Below, one piece after another: positions 26,745-34,487 of a DNA stretch of 34,487 nucleotides (position 1 is its first letter; every line of letters starts with the position of its first letter). Source of the stretch: Candidatus Omnitrophota bacterium (GTDB lineage: Bacteria; Omnitrophota; Gorgyraeia; Gygaellales; JAMWDD01); contig JAMWDD010000002.1 in NCBI GenBank assembly GCA_023818885.1, forward strand, positions 1 to 34,487, read 5' to 3'. The notes below the pieces were generated by a model. That model did not search any database. It was given only the letters and a program-made list of their open reading frames with translations, and was not told where the DNA came from. The position numbers and the translations under genes were made by a program.

Positions 26745-27418
26745 AGAAATTATCTGTAGTTATGCCAGTATATAATGAGCAGGATACAATAGAAAAGATT
26801 TTAGAAAAAATAAAAAGGGTTCCTATCGATAAAGAGATAGTTATTATAGATGATTGTTCAAGCGATGGTACGCAGGATATTTTAAAGAAATTAGAGCCAG
26901 AGGGGGTGAGGGTTGTATATCATACTTATAATAAAGGTAAAGGCGCATCGGTTAGAGATGGTATTAAAGAAGCGAGGGGTGAATTTGCGGTAATCCAGGA
27001 TGCAGATTTAGAATACGAACCTAATGATTATCTAAAATTGATAAGGCCGCTTGAAGAAAATAAAGTAGACATTGTTTTAGGTGCGCGTTTTATTAAGGGT
27101 TATCGTGGACTTTTCGCACATAAAATGGGCAACCGATTTCTTACTTGGCTAATAAATATTTTGTTTGGTGCAAAGTTAAATGATTATGCCACTTGTTATA
27201 AGATGGCGCGTAAAGAGACCTTTGATAAATTAAGTTTAAAAGAAAATAGTTTTGATATTGACGTAGAGATTGTCTGTAAGGCATTAAAAAAGAATCTGCG
27301 TATTATTGAAGTCCCTATTTCTTATTATCCACGTAGTTATGCCGAAGGGAAAAAAATCCGTTGGTTTGATGGCTTAGATGCGATTAAGAGTATTTTTAAA
27401 TACCGGTTTTTTGAGTAA
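26741..27418 (+). CDS. GT2 glycosyltransferase, polyprenyl-phosphate glycosyltransferase-like
   Basis: LSVVMPVYNEQDTIE, IIDDCSSDGT, QDADLEYEP, LGARF, TCYKMARKETF, YAEGKKI. ATGA overlap upstream. Confidence 0.8.
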   Translation: MKKLSVVMPVYNEQDTIEKILEKIKRVPIDKEIVIIDDCSSDGTQDILKKLEPEGVRVVYHTYNKGKGASVRDGIKEARGEFAVIQDADLEYEPNDYLKLIRPLEENKVDIVLGARFIKGYRGLFAHKMGNRFLTWLINILFGAKLNDYATCYKMARKETFDKLSLKENSFDIDVEIVCKALKKNLRIIEVPISYYPRSYAEGKKIRWFDGLDAIKSIFKYRFFE

Positions 27419-27420
27419 AG

Positions 27421-28647
27421 ATGAAAGAGAAATTAATAAAATTCTTTGATTTTATCCAATACTGGATGATTGTGATTTTACCTTTTTCTATCGCCATCGC
27501 CTCAGGCCCAATGAATATCTTTATGGGCTGGTTATTATTTAGTTATTTGATGAAAAAGATATTAAAGAGAGAGAGATTTGTTTTTCCCGCAGACATTAAT
27601 ACTGCATTTTTATTTTTAATTATTATATCTATTCTTTCGATGATAAACTCTATTTCTTTAAAAGACAGCATCAAAGGGGGGGTATTAAGGTTAGTCCAGT
27701 ATGGCTTTGTTTATTTGGCAGTAATGGATGGCCTAAAGGATACCAGACATATAAGGCGTATTTTTATAGCGATGGTATTAGGTACTTGTTTTGTTTCCTT
27801 TGATGGTTTATGGCAGGTAATTACAGGTAAGGACTTTGTCCGTGGCTATGCCCCTATAGAAAATATTGGGCTATTGCGGGCGACGGCCAGTTTTAAGGAT
27901 GCAAACCTCCTGGGCATATATTTAAGTGCTTTTGTGCCTTTAATTTTGGGTTTGACAATTTATTACTTTAAATATAAAAAGATATCCCTGATTTTTATTA
28001 ATCTCCTTACGTTAACCGGCGTCATTTTGACCTATTCAAGACCTTCGCTTCTGGCCGTTTATTTAAGTTTATTGTTTTTAAGTATAGTTAATAAAGATAA
28101 GTTAATGATGATCGGATTATTAGTTTTATTAGTCGTTTCTCTTTTTGTTATGCCGCGCTCAGTTAAGGAGTGGGCTAAAAAAGTAGATTATAATATTTTA
28201 AGGTTTATGTGCAATGACGACCGTATTGCCACTTATGGGAATACGCTGAATATGATAAAGTCCCATCCGATTATTGGGGTAGGTGTGAATAATTTTATGA
28301 AGAGTTACAAGAATTATAAGACATCTCCTGAATACCGCAATGTCGTTACTTCCGATTATATGTATGCGCATAATAATTTTCTGCATATGGCAGGGGAGAT
28401 AGGTTTGATAGGTTTAGGAATATTCCTTTGGCTTTTATATAAATTATTTTCTGCTGCATGGGATATCTACAAAAGATTAAGCGATAATTTTCTTAAGATA
28501 ATATCCCTTTCTTTAATTGCGTGTCTGCTGGCATTTTTAGTCAACGGCCTTACGGAAAGCAATCTTTATTATTCCCGCGTGGCAATAATTTTTTGGTATT
28601 TAACCGGTTTTTGTCTGGGGATGAAGAAATTCTGCGGTGAATGTTAA
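27421..28647 (+). CDS. O-antigen ligase/polymerase family (Wzy_C-type) membrane protein
   Basis: 408 aa with about 10-12 TM helices. Large loop carrying YMYAHNNFLHMAGEIGLIGLGIF, the Wzy_C-type signature. Confidence 0.7.
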   Translation: MKEKLIKFFDFIQYWMIVILPFSIAIASGPMNIFMGWLLFSYLMKKILKRERFVFPADINTAFLFLIIISILSMINSISLKDSIKGGVLRLVQYGFVYLAVMDGLKDTRHIRRIFIAMVLGTCFVSFDGLWQVITGKDFVRGYAPIENIGLLRATASFKDANLLGIYLSAFVPLILGLTIYYFKYKKISLIFINLLTLTGVILTYSRPSLLAVYLSLLFLSIVNKDKLMMIGLLVLLVVSLFVMPRSVKEWAKKVDYNILRFMCNDDRIATYGNTLNMIKSHPIIGVGVNNFMKSYKNYKTSPEYRNVVTSDYMYAHNNFLHMAGEIGLIGLGIFLWLLYKLFSAAWDIYKRLSDNFLKIISLSLIACLLAFLVNGLTESNLYYSRVAIIFWYLTGFCLGMKKFCGEC

Positions 28648-28657
28648 AAAAGGTAAG

Positions 28658-29644
28658 ATGAAAAATATATTGGTTGTGCGCAATGACCGTTTTGGCGAAT
28701 TTATATTGAATATTCCGGCTATCCGGGCCTTAAAAAATTCGTTTTCTTCTGCCCGGCTTAATTTGATAGTCAGCCCGCAGGTTAAACCTCTAGCGCAAAA
28801 ACTAGAATTTGTTGATAATGTTATAGAATGGGATAACAAAAGAAATCATCGGTTCTTTGAAAAAGTCAATTTTATTAAATTTTTAAAAAAGCAAAAATTT
28901 GATTTGGCCGTAATGCTTAATCCTTCAAAAGAGTTTAATATTTTTACCTACTTGGCCGGAATTCCTATCAGGGTAGGATACGACAGGAAATGGTCATTTT
29001 TGTTAACCCATAAGCTTAAAGATTTAAAATACTTGGGCAAAAAGCATGAAGTAGAATATAATTTAGATTTAGTAAGTTTGATAGGCATAAGTACCAATGA
29101 TAAATCTATTCTCATAAATATTGATAAGCAAGATGAAATATTTGTTGATAATTTATTTAAAAAATATAATATATCAGAGTCAAACAATTTAGTAGTTCTA
29201 CATCCCTGGACAAGCGATTCGGTAAAACAATGGCCTTTGGAGAATTTTAAGGTATTAGCCAAGAGATTGATTGAGGAGTTATTTCTTAAGGTGATAGTAA
29301 TAGGGGGTGAAGAAGAAAGAGGAAAGAGTGGAGTATTTACTTCGGATATCTCAGACATAATAAATTTAACTGGGGAATTGACATTATTACAAGCAGCGGC
29401 TTTATTGAAAAAATCCAGGCTATTGATTTCAAATGATAGTGGTCCCATACATTTAGCTGCAAGTGTAAATACTGGTGTTATTGCGATATTTAGGAGTGAT
29501 TTACCAGAAAAGAGCGCGCGACGTTGGGGGCCGTGGGGAGAGGGCCATATAATTATAGAAAAGGCCGATCTTAGTGACATTAGCGTAGATGAAGTTTTTA
29601 ACACGGTAAGGAATTGCTTAAGATATGAAAGTGCCATTTATTGA
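28658..29644 (+). CDS. GT9 glycosyltransferase (heptosyltransferase family)
   Basis: [26 protein letters not shown] and [15 protein letters not shown]. The ORF-track start at 28637 is a GTG that overlaps the upstream gene. The ATG at 28658 is preferred. Confidence 0.8.
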   Translation: MKNILVVRNDRFGEFILNIPAIRALKNSFSSARLNLIVSPQVKPLAQKLEFVDNVIEWDNKRNHRFFEKVNFIKFLKKQKFDLAVMLNPSKEFNIFTYLAGIPIRVGYDRKWSFLLTHKLKDLKYLGKKHEVEYNLDLVSLIGISTNDKSILINIDKQDEIFVDNLFKKYNISESNNLVVLHPWTSDSVKQWPLENFKVLAKRLIEELFLKVIVIGGEEERGKSGVFTSDISDIINLTGELTLLQAAALLKKSRLLISNDSGPIHLAASVNTGVIAIFRSDLPEKSARRWGPWGEGHIIIEKADLSDISVDEVFNTVRNCLRYESAIY

Positions 29645-30725
29645 CTTGAGGGCGCAATATAAAGAGATTCAAAAAGATTTCTCCAGGGTTATCAAAGATG
29701 TTTTGAAGCGCAGAGATTTTATTTTGGGTTTAGATGTAAAATTATTCGAGAAAGAGTTTGCACATTACTGTGGAGTAAAGTTTGCTATAGGGCTCAATTC
29801 CGGCACAGATGCACTTTTTTTAAGTTTGGTTTCATGCGGGATAGGTAAAGGCGATGAAGTTATCGTGCCAGTTTTTACTTTTATTGCTACGGCCTTGGCA
29901 GTCTCACATACGGGAGCAAGACCGGTATTTGTGGATGTAGATGAACAAACATACAATATCGATGTAAATAAAATTGAGAAGGCCATTACTAAAAGAACAA
30001 AGGCCATCATTCCCGTGCATCTTTATGGCCAAGCCGCAGATATGAATGCTATTTTAAAAATTGCTAAAAAATGTAAATTGAAAGTGATTGAAGACGCAGC
30101 GCAGGCACATGGCGCTGAATATCAAAACAAAAAAGTTGGCTCTTTTGGTATCACGGGTTGCTTTAGTTTTTATCCTACAAAAAATTTGGGTGCCTTTGGC
30201 GATGGAGGGATGGTAGTTACCAATGATAAAAAAGTATATAACAATTTATTACTTTTGAGAGATTGCGGCCGTAAGAGGCGCTATGAACATATAGTCAAAG
30301 GATATAACTCTCGTCTTGATACATTACAGGCAGCGATTTTGAGAGTAAAATTAAAGCGCTTGGATAAATGGAATAGATTGCGGCGTAAGAACGCCTTTTT
30401 TTATAATACCTTACTAAAGAAGATAGACCGCATAATTACACCCTTTGAGGCCAGGGATTGCTTGCATGTATATCATCAATATGTGGTAAGATTAAAAAAC
30501 CGAGATAGGGTCATAGATATTCTCAAGAAAAACGGTATAGATACATCGGTTTATTATCCCATACCTTTACACCTACAAGCGGCTTATAAAGATTTGGGTT
30601 ATAAAAAAGGCGATTTTAAAATAGCAGAAAAACTGTCTGAAGAGATTTTATCCTTGCCCATGCATCCACATTTAAAGAAAGATGAGATTGAATATATTGT
30701 GGCAGTTTTAAAAAGATATTTATAG
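29625..30725 (+). CDS. DegT/DnrJ/EryC1/StrS-family PLP-dependent sugar aminotransferase
   Basis: [64 protein letters not shown] (PLP lysine). Confidence 0.9.
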   Translation: MKVPFIDLRAQYKEIQKDFSRVIKDVLKRRDFILGLDVKLFEKEFAHYCGVKFAIGLNSGTDALFLSLVSCGIGKGDEVIVPVFTFIATALAVSHTGARPVFVDVDEQTYNIDVNKIEKAITKRTKAIIPVHLYGQAADMNAILKIAKKCKLKVIEDAAQAHGAEYQNKKVGSFGITGCFSFYPTKNLGAFGDGGMVVTNDKKVYNNLLLLRDCGRKRRYEHIVKGYNSRLDTLQAAILRVKLKRLDKWNRLRRKNAFFYNTLLKKIDRIITPFEARDCLHVYHQYVVRLKNRDRVIDILKKNGIDTSVYYPIPLHLQAAYKDLGYKKGDFKIAEKLSEEILSLPMHPHLKKDEIEYIVAVLKRYL

Positions 30726-30726
30726 A

Positions 30727-31497
30727 ATGGATAACAAGATTCCTCTTTCGGTAGTAATTTTGACGAAAAACGAAGAGGCCAGGATTTCCGAATGTCTTGA
30801 ATCTGTAAAGTCGGCAGATGAGTTAATTGTAGTTGATGACTTTAGTACGGATAAGACCGTAGAAATAGCTCAACGCTACACCGATAAAATTTTTTTAAGA
30901 AAGATGGATATTGAAGGCAGACACAGAAACTGGGCCTATACAAAGACTAAAAATGATTGGATTTTAAGTTTGGATGCAGATGAAAGGGCAACGCCAGAAC
31001 TGATGCAAGAGATAAATATGGTTATTAGATCAAAACCTCATTTTGACGGCTTTACTATTCCGCGGCGTAACTATATTGGTAAATACTGGATAAAACATGG
31101 TGGCTGGTATCCCAGTCCCCAACTTAAACTTTTTAGAAAGAATAAGTTTCATTACGAAGAAGTAGAGGTGCATCCCCGTGCCTTTATGGAGGGACCTTGC
31201 GGGCATTTGAAAAATGATATCATCCATTATTCTTATCGCGATTTTGAAGATTTTTTAAATAAACTCAATCGCCAGACAACCTGGGAGGCGCAAAAATGGT
31301 TTAATCAAGGTAAACCGATGAAGTTAGGTAGGTTTATCTGGCGCACCATTGACAGGTTTATGCGTACATATATAGGCAAGGCAGGATACCGAGATGGTTT
31401 TATCGGTTTCGTTATTGCTTATTATGCCGGTTTGTATCAATGGATGAGTTATCTAAAGTATAGAGAACTGATTATGCGAAAAGGAGGAGAAATATGA
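30727..31497 (+). CDS. GT2 glycosyltransferase (small soluble LPS-core-type)
   Basis: LSVVILTKNEEARISECLES, IVVDDFSTDKT, SLDADE. 256 aa. Confidence 0.8.
   Translation: MDNKIPLSVVILTKNEEARISECLESVKSADELIVVDDFSTDKTVEIAQRYTDKIFLRKMDIEGRHRNWAYTKTKNDWILSLDADERATPELMQEINMVIRSKPHFDGFTIPRRNYIGKYWIKHGGWYPSPQLKLFRKNKFHYEEVEVHPRAFMEGPCGHLKNDIIHYSYRDFEDFLNKLNRQTTWEAQKWFNQGKPMKLGRFIWRTIDRFMRTYIGKAGYRDGFIGFVIAYYAGLYQWMSYLKYRELIMRKGGEI
31481..31489 (+). promoter_or_regulatory. Shine-Dalgarno-like site for the epimerase gene
   Basis: AAGGAGGAG ends 4 nt before the ATG at 31494. Confidence 0.5.
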
Positions 31498-32534
31498 GAA
31501 TTTTAATTACGGGTGGTGCGGGTCTGGTGGGTTCACATTGTGCGGAGCATTTTGCACAGAAAGGGGATGAAGTTGTAGTTTTAGATAATTTAATGCGTTC
31601 GCAATTATTCGGCTATGATAAAAAATCTGTAGAATGTAACTGGAATTATTTGGCAAAATATAAAAATGTAATTCGTATAAAAGGTGATGTGCGTAATATA
31701 GAAGATGTAGAGAGGGCAATCAAAGACGGAGTGGATGCGGTAATTCATACCGCCGGTCAGCCGGGAGTGCCTTCTTCAGTAAAAATGCCACGTGAAGATT
31801 TTAGTATTAATGCCTTTGGCACTTTAAATGTTTTAGAATGTGTCAGGCAAAAAAATAAAAATGCAGTATTCGTATATTGTTCAACCAATAAGGTCTATGG
31901 CGAAAATGTGGATAAAATCCCTTTAAAGGAATTAGAAAAAAGGTATATTTATGAGGGAGTAAGCGGTGTATCTGAAGCAATGCCCACGGATTTAACGGGT
32001 CACACTCCTTACGGGGTATCAAAATTAACCGGCGATTTATATGTTCAAGAATACGGGCATATTTATGGTATGCGTACCGGTGTGTTTCGCATGTCTTGTA
32101 TTTATGGAACGCGTCAATTTGGTTTTGAAGACCAGGGTTGGGTTGCCTGGTTTATTATTGCCACTTTATTTAATAAGCCGATTACTATTTATGGCGATGG
32201 AAAACAAGTAAGAGATCTTCTTTATGTTACGGACTTAGCCAATGCCTTTGACAAATTTATACAGAGTAATTTAAAAGGGGAAGTGATGAATGTTGGAGGC
32301 GGAGAGAAAAATACTATTTCTCTTTTGGAATTACTGGATTTGATTGAAGGATTGACAAATAAAAGGCCGAAGGTTTCTTTCAGTCACTGGAGGCCGTCAG
32401 ACCAAAAAGTTTATATCACTGATATCTCCAAGGTGCAAAATAAGCTTAATTGGAAACCGACGATTAGCCCTTTAGAAGGCATAGAAAAACTCCTAAAGTG
32501 GGTTAAAGATAATGAAAGTTATTTTTCTGGATAG
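31494..32534 (+). CDS. NAD-dependent extended SDR, CDP-paratose 2-epimerase (RfbE)-like
   Basis: ILITGGAGLVGSH, VLDNLMR, CSTNKVYG, YGVSK, FEDQGWVAWF, ITIYGDGKQVRDLLYV, RPSDQKVYITDISK. This pattern recalls CDP-tyvelose/paratose 2-epimerase. Confidence 0.65.
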   Translation: MRILITGGAGLVGSHCAEHFAQKGDEVVVLDNLMRSQLFGYDKKSVECNWNYLAKYKNVIRIKGDVRNIEDVERAIKDGVDAVIHTAGQPGVPSSVKMPREDFSINAFGTLNVLECVRQKNKNAVFVYCSTNKVYGENVDKIPLKELEKRYIYEGVSGVSEAMPTDLTGHTPYGVSKLTGDLYVQEYGHIYGMRTGVFRMSCIYGTRQFGFEDQGWVAWFIIATLFNKPITIYGDGKQVRDLLYVTDLANAFDKFIQSNLKGEVMNVGGGEKNTISLLELLDLIEGLTNKRPKVSFSHWRPSDQKVYITDISKVQNKLNWKPTISPLEGIEKLLKWVKDNESYFSG

Positions 32535-33069
32535 GGACGGAGTAATCAATAAATATCCCGGTGATTATAAATATGTAAGGAACTGGAAGGAATTTCATTT
32601 TCTTAGCGGCGTAAAGAAGTCCATTAGGCAATTAACCGAAGCAGGTTATAAGATATTTATTATTTCTAATCAAGCCGGCGTTTCCAAAGGCATATTTTCC
32701 CACAAGGCCTTGGAGAATATAACGAAAAAGATGCTTAAAGACATAAGAGATTCAGGGGGAGATATTGATGGTGTATTCTATTGTACGCATCTTGAAGAAG
32801 ACAATTGTTTATGCCGTAAACCCAAAACCGGTCTCATTGATAAAGTAGTTGCACAATTAAAGAAAGATAATATAAAAGTTGATTTTTCTAAAAGTTTCTT
32901 TGTTGGTGATACTATTAGAGATGTCCGAACAGGAAAGGCCGCCGGCTTAAAGACCATTCTTTTATTTTCAGGTAAGGAAAAACCAAGAAATAGAAGAGAT
33001 TGGGAGATCTCGCCTGACTTTACCGCAAAAGATTTAAAGGATGCGGTTAAAATAATCCTTCATAAATAG
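32512..33069 (+). CDS. gmhB: D-glycero-D-manno-heptose 1,7-bisphosphate phosphatase (HAD-IIIA)
   Basis: VIFLDRDGVIN (DxD nucleophile), ISNQAGVSKG, zinc-site-like YCTHLEEDNCLCRKPKTG, FVGDTIRD. Confidence 0.8.
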   Translation: MKVIFLDRDGVINKYPGDYKYVRNWKEFHFLSGVKKSIRQLTEAGYKIFIISNQAGVSKGIFSHKALENITKKMLKDIRDSGGDIDGVFYCTHLEEDNCLCRKPKTGLIDKVVAQLKKDNIKVDFSKSFFVGDTIRDVRTGKAAGLKTILLFSGKEKPRNRRDWEISPDFTAKDLKDAVKIILHK

Positions 33070-33084
33070 TTTTATCCTTTCTAA

Positions 33085-33090
33085 GAGGAG
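33085..33090 (+). promoter_or_regulatory. Shine-Dalgarno-like site supporting a GTG start at 33097
   Basis: GAGGAG lies 6 nt upstream of the GTG. Confidence 0.5.
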
Positions 33091-33096
33091 AATAAT

Positions 33097-34197
33097 GTGC
33101 TGAAGAAGAAAGTATTGATTATATATGCCTCCTCGGGTGCGGGCCATTATGTTGCTGCCCAGGCAGCATACGATTATTTAAAAGATTGCCGTCAGGAACT
33201 AGATATAAGTATAGTTGATATATTAGAAAGAACTAACAAAATTTTTCGCATTTTCTATATCCATGGGTATTCTTTTTTAGTAAATCATGCAACAATTTTT
33301 TGGCATTTTCTTTTCTGGATAACTTATTTAAAGTTAGTGCATAAATTAACACGGCCAATATTACGGTTAGTTAATTGGCTAAACGCAAGAGATTTTGTTA
33401 CTTTTTTATGTAAAGAAAACCCCGATTTTATTATATCTACCCATTTTTTCCCTTCGGAAATTTCTGCGGGCTTAAAAAAGAAAGGTAAGATTAATTCAAA
33501 AATAGTTACTGTCATTACTGATTTTGGAGTGCATCCCTTTTGGGTATCTGACGGCATAGATACCTATATCGTTGCGTCTAAATTCACTGAAAACAAGCTA
33601 ATTCAAGAAGGCATTGCACAGGATAGGATAAAGATTCTGGGGGTACCCATACATAAGAAATTTTTTAAATCAGAAAATAGAGATATTGTGTATAAAAGAT
33701 TGGGTCTTGGAGAAAATGAATTTACCGTCCTCATTGTTACGGGTTCTTTTGGCATCGGTCCCATTGAGAAGATTGTAGATTTGCTGTATAAAGATACAAA
33801 ACTTGTGGTAGTTTGTGCAAGGAATAAAAAGTTATATACGAGATTGGAAAGAAAGAATTATGACAATGTCTATGTTTACGGTTTTGTGAATAACATCGAT
33901 GAATTGATGACGGTCTCAGATATAATTATCACAAAACCGGGCGGCATAAGCATAGCTGAGGTTTTAGCAAAAGGGTTGGTCCCTATATTTATCTCTCCTA
34001 TACCCGGTCAGGAAACAGAGAATCTAAAGGCAATGCAAAATTACGGCATTGGGATATACCCAAGGCGTATTAAAGATATAAAAGATATCGTGCTGGATTA
34101 TAAAACACATCCACAAAAATTAGATATCGTAAAAGAAAATATTAAGAAACTAAAAGAAACATTTCTGCCTGAGGATTTGTGCAATGTTATTTGCTAA
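33097..34197 (+). CDS. MGDG-synthase-like / diacylglycerol glycosyltransferase (GT28 family)
   Basis: KVLIIYASSGAGHYVAAQA N-terminus typical of MGDG_synth-domain proteins. C-terminal GT-B half has IIITKPGGISIAEVLA and PGQETEN. GTG start. Confidence 0.7.
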   Translation: MLKKKVLIIYASSGAGHYVAAQAAYDYLKDCRQELDISIVDILERTNKIFRIFYIHGYSFLVNHATIFWHFLFWITYLKLVHKLTRPILRLVNWLNARDFVTFLCKENPDFIISTHFFPSEISAGLKKKGKINSKIVTVITDFGVHPFWVSDGIDTYIVASKFTENKLIQEGIAQDRIKILGVPIHKKFFKSENRDIVYKRLGLGENEFTVLIVTGSFGIGPIEKIVDLLYKDTKLVVVCARNKKLYTRLERKNYDNVYVYGFVNNIDELMTVSDIIITKPGGISIAEVLAKGLVPIFISPIPGQETENLKAMQNYGIGIYPRRIKDIKDIVLDYKTHPQKLDIVKENIKKLKETFLPEDLCNVIC

Positions 34198-34487
34198 CGT
34201 CGTTTTCGGGTTACCTATTGATGGTCCGTTTGATTACGCCATCCCTCCTTTTTTAAAGGATAAGGCGAAAAGAGGGATGCGGGTCTGGGTAAATTTCCAC
34301 AACAAAAAAATGCTGGGCTATATCGTAGGTATAAGTAAAACCAGCAAGGTGGATAAAGTCAAGCCGGTTCAAGATATAGTAGATGATAAACCCATTCTTA
34401 CCGATTCTCTGCTTAAGTTAACAAAGAATTTAGCCGATTATTACGCATGCTCTTGGGGTGAGGCAATTGAAGCAGCCATTCCAGAAG
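34183..34487 (+). CDS. priA: primosomal protein N' (replication restart helicase), N-terminal part; 3' end outside the window
   Basis: MLFANVVFGLPIDGPFDYAIPPFLKDKAKRGMRVWVNFHNKKMLGYIVG...DYYACSWGEAIEAAIP matches the typical PriA N-terminal 3'-DNA-binding domain. Overlaps the previous gene by 15 nt. Confidence 0.8.

Noticed and set aside
1-34487. I scanned for tRNA/rRNA genes, CRISPR repeats, IS/transposase or integrase genes, toxin-antitoxin pairs and defence-system genes.
   Set aside because: There are no spaced direct repeats and no cloverleaf-like GC-rich segments in the few non-coding gaps. No DDE/tyrosine-recombinase or nuclease/helicase-type ORFs are present other than the housekeeping priA.

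Overview
Low-GC bacterial window (about one-third G+C by eye). Every credible gene is on the + strand, and neighbours abut or overlap, with several ATGA stop/start overlaps. Housekeeping genes bracket it: the 3' part of rpsA plus tyrS on the left, and the 5' part of priA on the right. The ~31 kb between them is one very large cell-envelope glycan locus. It contains a MOP/Wzx-like flippase and 12 glycosyltransferase-type genes (7 GT2, 1 GT4, 1 GT9, 1 GT28/MGDG-synthase-like, 2 large GT-C-like membrane proteins). It also contains a Wzy_C/O-antigen-ligase-family protein, rmlA, rmlB and a reductase in the RmlD position that looks NRS/ER-like, with no rmlC in the window. Further genes are a DegT-family aminotransferase, a CDP-paratose-2-epimerase-like SDR and gmhB. 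Three parts are less ordinary. (1) A B12-domain radical-SAM gene with a Cx4Cx2C motif is translationally coupled to an all-beta repeat protein that has no signal peptide. (2) A Tmk-like P-loop protein, an HprK-related kinase and a PF14907-like nucleotidyltransferase form a trio, a pairing better known from RiPP tailoring, here with no RiPP core genes. (3) 12.1-12.8 kb and 18.2-24.0 kb form a gene graveyard. An rfbF-rfbG-DUF3108-like module is present twice. One copy is reduced to relics with internal deletions, and the other carries a nonsense codon and frameshifts. There are also four decayed methyltransferase genes or relics against a single intact one. I found no tRNA/rRNA, CRISPR array, transposase or phage gene. 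All calls come from motif reading by eye; nothing was searched or computed.
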